A stretch of 64,000 nucleotides of DNA from Acutalibacteraceae bacterium (lineage in GTDB: Bacteria > Bacillota > Clostridia > Oscillospirales > Acutalibacteraceae): the NCBI GenBank assembly GCA_045535505.1, contig JAZSLU010000032.1, positions 2,966 through 66,965 on the forward strand. The letters are read 5' to 3'. Of the stretch, positions 53,340 to 64,000 are shown piece after piece. The stretch's first letter is position 1; every line of letters starts with the position of its first letter. Both the position numbers and the translations under genes were made by a program. The notes beneath the pieces were generated by a model. That model worked only from the letters and a program-made list of their open reading frames with translations. It had not been told where the DNA came from and did no database searches.

Positions 53340-54452
53340 TTGCTGGAATATGAAGAACTGAAACTTAATCTTCTAAGCTATAAAGATGAACTTTCTGAAT
53401 TAAAAAATGCACTTGATCTAGAAAAAGTTGCTGATGAGATTAAAGTTTTAGAGCAAGAAACTACTAAAGCAGATTTTTGGGATGATCTTGAAAACTCACA
53501 AAAAACATTACAGAAAATTAGTGCAAACAAGGCGGTTATTTCTTCTTATGAAAGTCTTGAGGGCAAATTCAACGATGCACTTGCATTGTTGGAGATGGCT
53601 GATGAGGCGGAAGAATTATCTATGCTTGAAGAGGTTAAAGAGTCGATTAATGATTTTTGTAAAAATTTAGAAGCAAGCAGGCTTGCAACCTTACTTTCGG
53701 GTGAGTATGACAAAAATAATGCAATTTTAACATTTCATGCCGGTGCAGGCGGTACTGAGGCTCAAGATTGGGCGCAGATGCTGGTGCGTATGTATTCTCA
53801 TTGGGCGGAAAGCAAAGGTTTTTCTGTTAAGATGGTTGATTTTCTTGATGGCGAAGAAGCAGGACTTAAAAGTGCTGTATTAGAGGTCGCGGGTGTTAAT
53901 GCTTACGGCTATCTTAAGGGTGAGTCGGGTGTGCACCGTTTAGTTAGAATTTCTCCTTTTGATTCTTCGGGTCGCAGACATACATCATTTGCGTCTTTAG
54001 AAGTTATGCCCGAAATTGACGACAACGTTAACGTTGAAATTCGTGATGAGGATATTAAGGTTGACACGTATCGCTCGAGCGGTGCAGGCGGTCAGCACGT
54101 TAATAAGACCGAGTCGGCTATTCGTATAACACATTTGCCGACAGGTATTGTTGTTGCTTGTCAAAATGAACGCAGCCAACATCAAAACAGGGAAATGGCA
54201 ATGAAGATGCTTATTTCTAAATTGATTGAGATTAAAGAAAGAGAAAATCTTGACAAGATAGAAGATATTAAAGGTGTTCAAAAGGAGATTGCGTGGGGCT
54301 CTCAAATTCGTTCCTACGTGTTTATGCCGTACACCTTGGCAAAAGACCATCGCACAGGTTATGAGAACGGTAACATAAACGCTGTTATGGATGGCGACCT
54401 AGACGGCTTTATAAATGCCTACCTTGTTGCTATGTCTAAAGGTGAGATTTAA
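53340..54452 (+). CDS. prfB: Peptide chain release factor 2, encoded in a single frame (no programmed +1 frameshift)
   Basis: SPF tripeptide (RISPFDS) and GGQ (SGAGGQHVNKT). TTG start at 53340, 8 nt after AAGGAG. The frame is open from GTG 53331. Confidence 0.9.
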   Translation: MLEYEELKLNLLSYKDELSELKNALDLEKVADEIKVLEQETTKADFWDDLENSQKTLQKISANKAVISSYESLEGKFNDALALLEMADEAEELSMLEEVKESINDFCKNLEASRLATLLSGEYDKNNAILTFHAGAGGTEAQDWAQMLVRMYSHWAESKGFSVKMVDFLDGEEAGLKSAVLEVAGVNAYGYLKGESGVHRLVRISPFDSSGRRHTSFASLEVMPEIDDNVNVEIRDEDIKVDTYRSSGAGGQHVNKTESAIRITHLPTGIVVACQNERSQHQNREMAMKMLISKLIEIKERENLDKIEDIKGVQKEIAWGSQIRSYVFMPYTLAKDHRTGYENGNINAVMDGDLDGFINAYLVAMSKGEI

Positions 54453-54455
54453 TTT

Positions 54456-54487
54456 AAAAACCACTTCAAAAATGAAGTGGTTTTTTT
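54456..54487 (+). terminator. Rho-independent terminator after prfB
   Basis: CCACTTCA-aaaaa-TGAAGTGG followed by TTTTTTT. Confidence 0.8.
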
Positions 54488-54559
54488 GATGCATTATATA
54501 AAAAAGCAAAGTGCAAAATTAATACAACATAAAAAATTTTTAAAAATACGAAAAAGCCC

Positions 54560-54588
54560 TTGACTTATTGAAATACGTGGTTTATAAT
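54560..54588 (+). promoter_or_regulatory. Sigma-A promoter for rpoBC
   Basis: TTGACT (54560-54565), 17-nt spacer, TATAAT (54583-54588). This leaves a leader of about 140 nt before the rpoB ATG. Confidence 0.6.
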
Positions 54589-54733
54589 GATAGACTGTAT
54601 AAAGATGGGGGTTTGTGCGTCTATTACATTTTATGATATAACTTTTTATATTATGACTGTTGAGTCGCAATAACCTAAATCATCGCAAAAACTGAACTAA
54701 TACCGGTAAATTTTTAAGGAGTGATTTAGTTCT

Positions 54734-57700
54734 ATGCTGCCTGAAAATATGGTTAAGCTGGTCCACCTGGGAAACAACGAACGTTACAGTTTCTCAAAAA
54801 TCGAAGAGAAGTTTGATATGCCAAACCTCATCGAAGTTCAAAAGAACTCGTATAATTGGTTTGTCAACGAAGGTCTTAAAGAGGTCTTCCGCGATATGTC
54901 GTCTATAACCGATTATACGGGCAACCTCGTACTTGATTTTATTGATTATCGTTTTGACGATACTCCCAAGTACAGTGTGTTGGAGTGCAAAGCGCGTGAT
55001 ACGACATACTCTACCGCTCTGCGTGTTACTGCCCGTCTTTTCAACAAAGAGACAGGGGAGATTAAAGAGAGCGAAGTGTTTATGGGTGATTTCCCCCTTA
55101 TCACTGATTCGGGCACCTTTGTTATCAATGGTGCAGAGCGTGTTGTTGTTTCACAGCTCATTCGTTCTCCCGGTGTGTATTTTAATTTTGACCGTGACGA
55201 TAAAACCGGCAAAAAGCTGTTCAACTCTACTGTTATTCCTAATAGAGGTGCATGGCTTGAATATGAGATGGATGTTAATGACGTTATGTATGTACGCATT
55301 GACAAAACCAGAAAATTGCCTGTTACAACATTAGTTCGTGCTTTAGGTATTGCTGACAACAAATCTATGATTGATTTGTTTGGTGAAAGTGATATTCTTA
55401 ATGCTACCTTGGAAAAGGATATTACAATCGATGTTGACCATGCGTTGACAGAGGTTTATTACAAACTCAGACCAGGTGAACCCACAACTGTTGAAGGTGC
55501 TAACAGTCACATTAATCAGTTGTTCTTTGATGTTCGCAGATATGATATTTCAAGAGTCGGACGTCATAAATACAATAAGAAACTCGCATTAGCCGTACGT
55601 CTTAACGGAATGACACTGTCAAGACCTTTGGCTGATCCTATGACAGGTGAGATTATTGCAGAACAGGGTGAGGTTATCACTCGTGAGCGTGCACAGTTCT
55701 TGCAGTCTAAGGGTATCTGCGAGGCTTATGTTTATGCGGCAAACGCAGATGAAGCAAACGGCGAACAAAAAGAAGTTAAGATTCTTACCAACAAAATGGT
55801 TAATATTAATGATTTTGTTTCGTACGATCTCTCTGACCTTGTTAACGAGCACGTTTCTTTCCCTGTGCTCAAAACTATCCTTGAGGACGATACAATTCAA
55901 TCTGAGCAGGATTTCCGTAATGCTGTTGCTCAGCATATTGATGATCTTATCCCCAAAACTATCACACATGACGATATTTATGCAAGTATCAACTACTATC
56001 TCGGTCTCGCACACGATATCGGAACTATTGACGATATTGACCATTTAGGTAACCGCCGCATCCGTTCTGTTGGTGAATTACTGCAGAATCAGGTGAGAAT
56101 CGGTTTTGCAAGAATGGAAAGAGTTGTTCGCGATAAAATGACCCTTCAGGCTCAGGATGTTGATTCCATTACTCCTCAGTCGCTTATTAATATTCGTCCC
56201 GTTGTTGCTGTTATTAAAGAGTTCTTTGGTTCTTCACCCTTGTCACAGTTTATGGACCAAACCAACCCTCTTTCAGAATTGACGCACAAACGTCGTCTTT
56301 CTGCTTTGGGTCCTGGTGGTTTGTCCAGAGACCGTGCAAGCTTTGAGGTTCGTGACGTTCATTACAGCCACTATGGCAGAATGTGTCCTATTGAGACACC
56401 TGAAGGTCCTAACATCGGTTTGATATCTTACCTTGCTACTTATGCAAAAATTGATGAATATGGCTTTATTCAAGCACCTTTCCGTCGTGTTGACAAGAAA
56501 ACAGGTAAGGTTCTTGATGAAGTTGTTTATATGACTGCTGATGAGGAAGACGAGTATATTGTTGCACAGGCAAATGAGCCTTTAAACCAAGACGGCACTT
56601 TTGTTCGTGACAGAGTTTATGTTCGTATCCGTGACGAGTTCCGTGAGGTTGATCCCAAAAAGGTTGACTTTATTGACGTTTCACCCAAGATGGTTGTTTC
56701 TGTTGCAACTGCAATGATTCCCTTCCTTGAAAATGATGATACCAACCGTGCTTTGATGGGTTCAAACATGCAGAAGCAGGCTGTTCCGCTTTTGCGTACT
56801 GAAAACCCCATTGTAGGTACCGGTATGGAGTATAAAACGGCTGTTGACTCAGGCGTTGTTGTTCTTGCTAATAATGACGGTGTGGTTAAGAGTGTTAGCG
56901 CTGAGGCGGTTACTATTAAGAATAATAATGGTGATATTGATGAATATTCACTTATTAAATTCTTGCGCTCCAACCACGGCACATGTATTAACCAGAAACC
57001 TATCGTATCGGTAGGGCAGAAGGTAGCAAAAGGTGACGTTATTGCTGACGGCCCTGCAACCTGCAACGGTGAAATCAGTTTGGGTAAGAACGCACTCATC
57101 GGTTTTATGACTTGGGAAGGTTATAACTACGAGGATGCTGTTCTTATTAATGAAAGACTTATTCGTGAAGATGTTTACACATCTATTCACATTGAAGAAT
57201 ATGAGCTTGGAGCTCGTGATACCAAGCTCGGACCTGAAGAAATCACTCGTGATATCCCCAACGTTGGTGAAGATGCACTTAAGGATCTTGATGATCAAGG
57301 TATTATCCGCGTGGGTGCAGAAGTTCATGCAGGTGACATTCTTGTTGGTAAGGTAACTCCTAAAGGAGAAACCGAACTCACTGCTGAAGAACGTTTGCTT
57401 CGTGCAATCTTTGGTGAAAAGGCACGTGAGGTAAGAGATACATCATTGCGAGTTCCTCATGGTGAGAGTGGTACTGTTGTTGACGTTAAAGTCTTCTCAA
57501 GAGAAAACTCTTCAGAATTAAGTCCCGGTGTTAACCTTGTTGTCCGCTGTTATATTGCACAGAAACGTAAGATTTCTGTTGGTGATAAGATGGCAGGTCG
57601 TCATGGTAATAAGGGTGTTGTTTCAAGAGTTCTTCCTTCTGAAGATATGCCTTTCTTGCCCGATGGTACACCCCTTGATATCGTTCTTAACCCCTTGGGC

Positions 57701-58456
57701 GTTCCTTCACGTATGAACATTGGTCAGGTTCTTGAGGTTCACCTTGGCTATGCTGCAAAAGCACTCGGATGGAAGGTTTGCACACCTGTTTTTGACGGTG
57801 CACATGAGGCTGATATCCGCGCATGTCTTAAAGAAGCAGGTTTACGTGAAGACGGTAAAACAATTCTTTATGACGGACGTACAGGCGAACCCTTTGATAA
57901 CCCTGTAACCGTTGGTTATATGTATTATCTTAAATTGCATCACTTGGTTGATGATAAAATCCACGCTCGTTCAACAGGTCCTTACTCACTTGTTACGCAG
58001 CAACCTCTCGGTGGTAAAGCACAGTTTGGTGGTCAGCGTTTCGGTGAGATGGAGGTTTGGGCTCTTGAGGCTTACGGTGCTGCATACACCCTTCAAGAGA
58101 TTCTTACTGTTAAGTCTGACGATGTTGACGGACGTTCAAAGACCTATGAAGCTATTGTTAAAGGACAGAATATTCCTAAGCCCGGCATTCCCGAGTCATT
58201 TAAGGTTCTTATTAAAGAACTTCAATCATTGGCTCTTGATGTTAAGGTTTTGGATGCTGACAATGAGGAAATTGACTTAAAGCAGACCTTTGATGATGAC
58301 GATATCGGTCTTTCAGCAAATGTATATGAAGAAAATACAGTTGCTGATAACTTAAATGGTTTCTCTCTTGAGGACGAAAACGGTGACCCAATTGTTGAAC
58401 CTGTTAGTGAAGACAGTGAAATGGCTCAGGTTGCCGCAAGTGAAGAAAATTATTAA
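54734..58456 (+). CDS. rpoB: DNA-directed RNA polymerase beta subunit
   Basis: 1240 aa, with unmistakable conserved blocks (e.g. [31 protein letters not shown]). Confidence 0.98.
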   Translation: MLPENMVKLVHLGNNERYSFSKIEEKFDMPNLIEVQKNSYNWFVNEGLKEVFRDMSSITDYTGNLVLDFIDYRFDDTPKYSVLECKARDTTYSTALRVTARLFNKETGEIKESEVFMGDFPLITDSGTFVINGAERVVVSQLIRSPGVYFNFDRDDKTGKKLFNSTVIPNRGAWLEYEMDVNDVMYVRIDKTRKLPVTTLVRALGIADNKSMIDLFGESDILNATLEKDITIDVDHALTEVYYKLRPGEPTTVEGANSHINQLFFDVRRYDISRVGRHKYNKKLALAVRLNGMTLSRPLADPMTGEIIAEQGEVITRERAQFLQSKGICEAYVYAANADEANGEQKEVKILTNKMVNINDFVSYDLSDLVNEHVSFPVLKTILEDDTIQSEQDFRNAVAQHIDDLIPKTITHDDIYASINYYLGLAHDIGTIDDIDHLGNRRIRSVGELLQNQVRIGFARMERVVRDKMTLQAQDVDSITPQSLINIRPVVAVIKEFFGSSPLSQFMDQTNPLSELTHKRRLSALGPGGLSRDRASFEVRDVHYSHYGRMCPIETPEGPNIGLISYLATYAKIDEYGFIQAPFRRVDKKTGKVLDEVVYMTADEEDEYIVAQANEPLNQDGTFVRDRVYVRIRDEFREVDPKKVDFIDVSPKMVVSVATAMIPFLENDDTNRALMGSNMQKQAVPLLRTENPIVGTGMEYKTAVDSGVVVLANNDGVVKSVSAEAVTIKNNNGDIDEYSLIKFLRSNHGTCINQKPIVSVGQKVAKGDVIADGPATCNGEISLGKNALIGFMTWEGYNYEDAVLINERLIREDVYTSIHIEEYELGARDTKLGPEEITRDIPNVGEDALKDLDDQGIIRVGAEVHAGDILVGKVTPKGETELTAEERLLRAIFGEKAREVRDTSLRVPHGESGTVVDVKVFSRENSSELSPGVNLVVRCYIAQKRKISVGDKMAGRHGNKGVVSRVLPSEDMPFLPDGTPLDIVLNPLGVPSRMNIGQVLEVHLGYAAKALGWKVCTPVFDGAHEADIRACLKEAGLREDGKTILYDGRTGEPFDNPVTVGYMYYLKLHHLVDDKIHARSTGPYSLVTQQPLGGKAQFGGQRFGEMEVWALEAYGAAYTLQEILTVKSDDVDGRSKTYEAIVKGQNIPKPGIPESFKVLIKELQSLALDVKVLDADNEEIDLKQTFDDDDIGLSANVYEENTVADNLNGFSLEDENGDPIVEPVSEDSEMAQVAASEENY

Positions 58457-58476
58457 TTTGGGAGGTATAAGCTATT

Positions 58477-61400
58477 ATGAAGAATATAGAGTTTGAATCA
58501 ATCAGAATTGGCTTGGCATCTCCTGAACAAATCAGAAATTGGTCTTACGGAGAGGTTACCAAACCCGAAACAATTAACTATCGTACGCTCAAACCGGAAC
58601 AGTCAGGTCTGTTCTGTGAGCGTATCTTTGGCCCCATGAAAGACTGGGAATGCCATTGCGGTAAGTATAAAAGAATCCGTTATAAAGGTAAAATATGCGA
58701 ACGCTGCGGCGTTGAGGTTACACGTGCCAAGGTTCGTCGCGAACGTATGGGTACTATTGAACTTGCAGCTCCTGTTTCACATATTTGGTACTTTAAGACA
58801 ATTCCCTCACGTATGGGTATTGTTCTTGACCTTTCACCCAAGGTGTTAGAGCAGGTTCTTTACTTCTCACAGTATATTGTTACCGATCCCGGTTCAACAC
58901 CTTTAGAGAAGAAACAACTTCTTACTGAGGCTCAGTACCGCGATATGCGTGAAAAATATGAGGACGACTTTGAGGCTGGCATGGGTGCAGAAGCTATCAA
59001 AAAGCTCCTTATGGAAATTGACGTTGAAAAAGAATGCGAACAGATGAAGGCAGAGATTAATGATATCGCTACTTCAAAGTTTACACAAAATCAGCGTCGT
59101 GTACGACTCTTAAAGCGTCTCGAAATTCTTGAAGCTTTCAGAGTTTCGGGCAACCGCCCCGAATGGATGATTCTTGACGTTATCCCGGTTATCCCGCCCG
59201 ATTTACGTCCGATGGTACAATTGGATGGCGGCCGTTTTGCAACGAGCGACCTTAACGATTTGTATCGTCGTGTTATCAACCGTAACAACCGTCTTAAGAG
59301 ATTGCTTGAACTTCATGCTCCCGATATTATCGTACGTAACGAAAAACGTATGCTTCAGGAGGCTGTTGACGCTCTCATCGATAACGGTCGTCGCGGCAAA
59401 CCTGTTACCGGTCCCAGCAACCGTCCTTTAAAATCACTTTCAGATATGCTTAAGGGTAAACAGGGTCGTTTCCGTCAAAACTTGCTTGGTAAACGTGTTG
59501 ACTATTCAGGTCGTTCTGTTATCGTTGTTGGTCCCGAACTTAAAATGTATCAGTGTGGTCTTCCTAAAGAAATGGCACTTGAGTTGTTCAAGCCTTTCGT
59601 TATGAAACGCCTTACCGAAACAGGTCTTGTTTCTAATATTAAGGCTGCACGCAAAAAAGTTGAACGTGCCGATGTCGAAGTTTGGGATGCTCTTGAAACA
59701 GTTATTAAGGACCATCCTGTTCTTCTTAACCGTGCTCCTACGCTTCACAGACTTGGCATTCAGGCATTTGAGCCTGTTTTGGTTGAAGGTCGTGCTTTGA
59801 AGTTGCATCCTCTTGTATGTACCGCTTATAACGCCGATTTCGACGGTGACCAGATGGCTGTTCACGTACCACTTTCAGCTGAGGCTCAGGCAGAAGCACG
59901 TTTCCTGATGCTTGCTGCTAACAACCTTCTTAAGCCTTCAGATGGTAAACCCGTTGCTGTTCCTACACAGGATATGGTTCTCGGTTCTTACTATCTTACA
60001 ATTGTTAAAGAAGATGACCTTGGCGCAGGTAAAGCTTTCCTTAGCAAAGAAGAAGCATTGCTTGCTTATGACAATGGTGCTGTTTCATTACATGCTCCCA
60101 TTAAAATCAGAAGATTTGGCAAGGATGCTGACGGTAACGAAATATCTCAATTGGTTGATGCAACTGTTGGTTTCATTATTTTCAACGAGTCAATTCCTCA
60201 GGATATGGGCATTGTTGACCGAACAGTTAAAGGCCATGAGTTAGATCTTGAAATTTCGCCTTATGTAATGAAAAAGGATGAAAACGGCGAGTATGTTTAT
60301 GTTACCGATGCTAACGGCAAACGTAAGGTAAACAAAATTGATAAGAAAAAGCTCGGCGCTATCATTGAGGCTTGTATCAGAAAGTTCGGCACAAGCCGCG
60401 CAGCAATAGTTCTTGATAAAATTAAGGCTACAGGTTTCAAATATTCAACAAAGGGTGCGATTACCGTTGCTGTTACAGACGCGGTTATTCCTCCCAAAAA
60501 GGCTGAATTGCTTAAAGCTGCTGAAGAAAAAATTGATGCAGTTAATGATGACTTTGAAATGGGCTTCCTTACAAATGAGGAACGCAGCAATGAGGTTATC
60601 AAAATTTGGAACGAGGCAACCGAAAAAGTTGCTGACGCTCTTAAAGACAACCTTGACGAGTTCAACCCCATCTTTATGATGGCTGACTCTGGTGCTCGTG
60701 GTTCTATGAGCCAGATTCGTCAGTTGGCAGGTATGCGTGGTTTGATTGCCAACACAGCCGGTAAGGTTATTGAGGTTCCCATTCGCGCTAACTACCGTGA
60801 GGGCTTGAACGTTCTTGAATACTTTATATCTTCACGTGGTGCTCGTAAGGGTCTTGCCGATACAGCTTTGCGTACTGCTGACTCCGGTTATCTTACACGT
60901 CGTCTTGTTGACGTTGCTCAAGATGTTATCGTTAGGGAAGACGAGTGCGATTGCGATGAGGGCTTAACAGTTTCTGCAATCTGCGATAGCACAATCAAAG
61001 ATAAAAAGAGCTATATAGAAACTCTTAGAGAACGTTTGATTGGCCGTTATCTCTTAAATGATTTCGTTGATGAAAAGACCGGTGAGGTTTTGGTTTCTAA
61101 CGATAAGATGATGACCGAAGAAGATGCTGATAAGATTCTTGCTACAGGTGTTGAAAGCGTTACAATTCGTTCGGTTCTTACCTGTCATGCACATCACGGC
61201 GTTTGCCGCAAGTGCTATGGTGCTAACCTTGCAACAGGCTTGCCTGTAACTGTTGGCGAAGCAGTAGGTATTATCGCTGCTCAGTCAATTGGTGAACCCG
61301 GTACACAGCTTACAATGCGTACTTTCCATACAGGTGGTATCGCAAGTACGGAAGATATTACACAAGGTTTGCCCCGTGTTGAAGAATTGTTTGAAGCTCG

Positions 61401-62154
61401 TACTCCCAAACATCGCGGTTATATTGCCAAGATTGACGGTGTTGTGCGTGTTCAGTATCAAGAAGATAAAAAGGGTAAGGGTAACGCCATTGTTATTGTT
61501 AACCCCGAAACTATGGAAGAAGAGCGCGTTCCGTTCCCATACGGCATTCGTCCGCTGGTTAACGATGGTGACGAGGTTAAAGCGGGTGACCTGCTTATTT
61601 CCGGTTCTAAACATCCTCAGGATATTCTTGATGCTAACGGTATGTTGGCTGTTGAGGAGTATATCATTGCTGAAATTCAAAGTGCATATCGTTCACAAGG
61701 TGTTGATATTAACGATAAACACATCGAGGTTATCATTCGCCAGATGATGCGTAAAGTTCGTATTGTTGATTCAGGCGATACTGACCTTATTGATAACGCA
61801 ATGTACGACAGAACCGAAGTTCTTTCTAAGAACAAAGAACTTAAGGATAGAATCGCAAACGGCGAGACCGAACTCAAACTTGCAGAATTTGAGCCGGTAT
61901 TACTTGGTATAACCAAAGCATCTCTTGCTACCGATTCATTCTTGTCAGCTGCTTCGTTCCAAGAAACAACACGTGTTCTTACAGATGCAGCAATCAAGGG
62001 TAAAGTTGACCCCTTGTTTGGTCTTAAAGAAAACGTTATTATCGGTAAACTTGTTCCTGCAGGTACCGGTATGAAATGTTCTGAAATTCAGCCCGAAAAC
62101 ATTGAGGAAGAGCCTTCAATGGACGAGGTTTTCAGTGCAGAGGTTAATGCATAA
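58477..62154 (+). CDS. rpoC: DNA-directed RNA polymerase beta' subunit
   Basis: 1225 aa. Zinc motif [20 protein letters not shown] and catalytic NADFDGD. Confidence 0.98.
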   Translation: MKNIEFESIRIGLASPEQIRNWSYGEVTKPETINYRTLKPEQSGLFCERIFGPMKDWECHCGKYKRIRYKGKICERCGVEVTRAKVRRERMGTIELAAPVSHIWYFKTIPSRMGIVLDLSPKVLEQVLYFSQYIVTDPGSTPLEKKQLLTEAQYRDMREKYEDDFEAGMGAEAIKKLLMEIDVEKECEQMKAEINDIATSKFTQNQRRVRLLKRLEILEAFRVSGNRPEWMILDVIPVIPPDLRPMVQLDGGRFATSDLNDLYRRVINRNNRLKRLLELHAPDIIVRNEKRMLQEAVDALIDNGRRGKPVTGPSNRPLKSLSDMLKGKQGRFRQNLLGKRVDYSGRSVIVVGPELKMYQCGLPKEMALELFKPFVMKRLTETGLVSNIKAARKKVERADVEVWDALETVIKDHPVLLNRAPTLHRLGIQAFEPVLVEGRALKLHPLVCTAYNADFDGDQMAVHVPLSAEAQAEARFLMLAANNLLKPSDGKPVAVPTQDMVLGSYYLTIVKEDDLGAGKAFLSKEEALLAYDNGAVSLHAPIKIRRFGKDADGNEISQLVDATVGFIIFNESIPQDMGIVDRTVKGHELDLEISPYVMKKDENGEYVYVTDANGKRKVNKIDKKKLGAIIEACIRKFGTSRAAIVLDKIKATGFKYSTKGAITVAVTDAVIPPKKAELLKAAEEKIDAVNDDFEMGFLTNEERSNEVIKIWNEATEKVADALKDNLDEFNPIFMMADSGARGSMSQIRQLAGMRGLIANTAGKVIEVPIRANYREGLNVLEYFISSRGARKGLADTALRTADSGYLTRRLVDVAQDVIVREDECDCDEGLTVSAICDSTIKDKKSYIETLRERLIGRYLLNDFVDEKTGEVLVSNDKMMTEEDADKILATGVESVTIRSVLTCHAHHGVCRKCYGANLATGLPVTVGEAVGIIAAQSIGEPGTQLTMRTFHTGGIASTEDITQGLPRVEELFEARTPKHRGYIAKIDGVVRVQYQEDKKGKGNAIVIVNPETMEEERVPFPYGIRPLVNDGDEVKAGDLLISGSKHPQDILDANGMLAVEEYIIAEIQSAYRSQGVDINDKHIEVIIRQMMRKVRIVDSGDTDLIDNAMYDRTEVLSKNKELKDRIANGETELKLAEFEPVLLGITKASLATDSFLSAASFQETTRVLTDAAIKGKVDPLFGLKENVIIGKLVPAGTGMKCSEIQPENIEEEPSMDEVFSAEVNA

Positions 62155-62164
62155 GTAAAATGAT

Positions 62165-62205
62165 ATGAGTTTGCATCAAAATTTGGTGCAAACTCATAAT
62201 TTTTG
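62165..62205 (+). terminator. Rho-independent terminator/attenuator after rpoC
   Basis: ATGAGTTTGCA / TGCAAACTCAT stem (62165-62197) followed by AATTTTT. Confidence 0.7.
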
Positions 62206-62207
62206 TA

Positions 62208-62236
62208 TTGACAAATCAAAATTTAGGTGATAATAT
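62208..62236 (+). promoter_or_regulatory. Sigma-A promoter for rpsL-rpsG-fusA
   Basis: TTGACA (62208-62213), 17-nt spacer, TAATAT (62231-62236) preceded by an extended TGn. Confidence 0.55.
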
Positions 62237-62337
62237 AAGTTAGTATGCGGAATAATGTTTATTTTTGCTAATTTGACACTGACAGGCAGTAGTGCCTTTC
62301 GGCGATATTTAATTTAATAAACAAGGAGGTGCAAAGC

Positions 62338-62763
62338 ATGCCGACCTTTAACCAGTTGGTTCGCACTGGCCGTTCAACTAAGGAGAAAAAGTCAAAGACT
62401 CCTGCGCTTTTACAGGGTTTCAACTCTATCAAACGCACAATGTCTGATTACAACTCTCCCCAAAAACGCGGTGTGTGCACGGCGGTTAAGACTGCAACCC
62501 CGAAAAAGCCTAACTCAGCTCTTCGTAAGATTGCTAAGGTTCGTCTTTCAAACGGTATTGAGGTTTCAGCCTACATTCCCGGTATCGGACACAACCTGCA
62601 AGAGCATAGCGTGGTTTTAATCAGGGGCGGACGTGTTAAGGACTTACCTGGTGTACGTTACCATATCGTACGCGGTACCCTTGATACACAAGGCGTTTCG
62701 GACAGAAAACAAAGTCGCTCCAAGTATGGCGCAAAAAGACCGAAGTCCGGCGCAAAAAAATAA
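62338..62763 (+). CDS. rpsL: 30S ribosomal protein S12
   Basis: [12 protein letters not shown]... with AAGGAGG 8 nt upstream of ATG 62338. Confidence 0.97.
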   Translation: MPTFNQLVRTGRSTKEKKSKTPALLQGFNSIKRTMSDYNSPQKRGVCTAVKTATPKKPNSALRKIAKVRLSNGIEVSAYIPGIGHNLQEHSVVLIRGGRVKDLPGVRYHIVRGTLDTQGVSDRKQSRSKYGAKRPKSGAKK

Positions 62764-62888
62764 TTACTTTGACGAAATCTCTGCTGCATTTATACAAGCA
62801 GTGGCGTTTATATATCGCCTTTGCTTGGTGCCACGGGAATTTGTCACTCGAGTACCTATGATATCATTATGTGAAGGAGGGAAGTAAA

Positions 62889-63359
62889 GTGCCAAGAAGA
62901 GGCTTCATCGCAAAACGCGATGTATTACCTGATGCGCTGTACAACTCTAAATTAGTTACACGTCTTATCAACAATATTATGATTGACGGTAAAAAGGGTG
63001 TAGCGCAGAAAATTGTTTATGGTGCTTTCGACATCATTAAAGAAAAAACGGGCAACGAGCCGCTCGAAGTTTTCGAAAAGGCTATGGAAAATGTTATGCC
63101 CCAGTTGGAAGTTAAGGCAGCCCGTCGTGGCGGCGCTACCTATCAGGTGCCTTATGAAGTTCGTCCTGAGAGAAAACAAACTCTCGGTTTACGTTGGATC
63201 ACAACCTACAGCCGCGCTCGTAACGAAAGAACAATGAAAGAGCGTCTTGCAGGCGAGATTCTCGATGCTGTAAACGAGATGGGCGGAGCTTTCAAAAAGC
63301 GTGAAGATACCCACAAAATGGCAGAGGCAAACAAGGCCTTCGCTCATTTCAGATGGTAA
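62889..63359 (+). CDS. rpsG: 30S ribosomal protein S7
   Basis: GTG start giving (M)[14 protein letters not shown]..., with GAAGGAGGG 7 nt upstream. The ORF-track start at 62871 lies inside the SD. Confidence 0.95.
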   Translation: MPRRGFIAKRDVLPDALYNSKLVTRLINNIMIDGKKGVAQKIVYGAFDIIKEKTGNEPLEVFEKAMENVMPQLEVKAARRGGATYQVPYEVRPERKQTLGLRWITTYSRARNERTMKERLAGEILDAVNEMGGAFKKREDTHKMAEANKAFAHFRW

Positions 63360-63405
63360 TTGTATTTTAAAAATTTGCATGAATGTGTATATTTAGGAGG
63401 ACAAT

Positions 63406-64000
63406 ATGTCAAGAAAAGTTCCGATTGAACTTACAAGAAATATTGGCATAATGGCCCACATTGATGCCGGTAAAACCACCACTTCGGAGAGAATTCTCTA
63501 CTACACCGGTGTTAACCACAAAATTGGTGAAACCCATGATGGTGCGGCAACAATGGACTGGATGGAGCAGGAGCAGGAGAGAGGTATTACAATTACCTCT
63601 GCTGCTACTACTTGTTTCTGGAAGGGTCACCGTGTTAATATTATTGACACTCCCGGACACGTTGACTTTACAGTTGAGGTTGAACGTTCACTTCGCGTTC
63701 TCGACGGTTCTGTAACCGTTTTGTGCGCTAAAGGCGGCGTTGAACCCCAGTCTGAAACAGTTTGGAGACAAGCTGATAAATATCAGGTTCCCAGAATGGT
63801 TTATGTTAATAAAATGGACATTATGGGTGCTGATTTCTATCGTGTTCTGGGTATGATGCGTGAACGTCTGAAATGCAACGCTGTTCCGATTCAGTTGCCT
63901 ATCGGCGCTGAAGATACATTCAAGGGAATTATCGACCTTATCGAAATGAAAGCCTATATCTACAATGATAACTTAGGCGTTGACATTTCGGTTGAAGACA
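63406..64000 (+). CDS. fusA: Elongation factor G, 5' part (runs off the window end)
   Basis: Hand translation from ATG 63406 (AGGAGG upstream) gives [35 protein letters not shown]...DTPGHVDF. It is open to nt 64000. Confidence 0.95.
   Translation, partial: MSRKVPIELTRNIGIMAHIDAGKTTTSERILYYTGVNHKIGETHDGAATMDWMEQEQERGITITSAATTCFWKGHRVNIIDTPGHVDFTVEVERSLRVLDGSVTVLCAKGGVEPQSETVWRQADKYQVPRMVYVNKMDIMGADFYRVLGMMRERLKCNAVPIQLPIGAEDTFKGIIDLIEMKAYIYNDNLGVDISVED

Noticed and set aside
53400-53430. Expected +1 frameshift site in prfB.
   Set aside because: No in-frame TGA and no CTTTGA heptamer is present, and the ORF is continuous. It is therefore reported as a non-frameshifting prfB rather than a pseudogene or recoding site.
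1-64000. Window-wide scan for CRISPR arrays, tRNA/rRNA genes, transposases, integrases, phage genes, toxin-antitoxin pairs or defence-system ATPase/nuclease pairs.
   Set aside because: None seen. All sizeable ORFs are accounted for by housekeeping, sporulation or metabolic functions. No spaced direct-repeat arrays or terminal inverted repeats were noticed by eye. A computational repeat search could still find diverged repeats that I cannot see.

Overview
The window is a chromosomal, mostly core-genome segment from a low-GC, endospore-forming Firmicute, probably a Clostridia member. I infer this from the gene content: a gerB-C-A type germinant receptor, ylbJ, yqfC/yqfD, ytvI, a YjcZ-like mini-protein and a dockerin-bearing surface protein. 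I found no rRNA, tRNA, CRISPR array, transposase, integrase or phage gene.

Gene order:
- pncB 3' end, a lipoprotein, then lon-engB-lysA.
- A short cysteine-rich peptide gene (minus strand, not in the ORF track).
- A ClpC/ClpA-like ATPase and a germinant receptor operon.
- A small Cys protein and ylbJ (minus strand).
- The conserved yqfC-yqfD-phoH-ybeY-era-(yqzL-like)-recO block, then mutS2.
- A secreted LRR/Ig-like/dockerin protein.
- An ACT-protein/hom/aspartate kinase operon (minus strand).
- ytvI-like permease, a DUF3343-like protein with a cysteine desulfurase-like enzyme, cdaA-cdaR, a small membrane protein, recD2-comFC and an mreB-like gene.
- An 11-gene catabolic operon.
- tmcAL (minus strand), ackA and oadG/oadB-like Na+-decarboxylase membrane subunits.
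- A divergent P-type ATPase (minus strand) and prfB.
- rpoB-rpoC-rpsL-rpsG-fusA (3' end truncated).

The most interesting region is the operon at about 35.2-46.2 kb. It joins a CitDEF-type ACP-dependent lyase to an orphan protein, a two-subunit Fe-S hydro-lyase, a GldA-like dehydrogenase, a PrpD/MmgE protein and a GlcD-like FAD oxidase with EtfBA. I cannot map this combination to any textbook pathway. I propose it as a candidate undescribed organic-acid fermentation route.

All family assignments come from motifs read by eye in the translations. No database search was possible.
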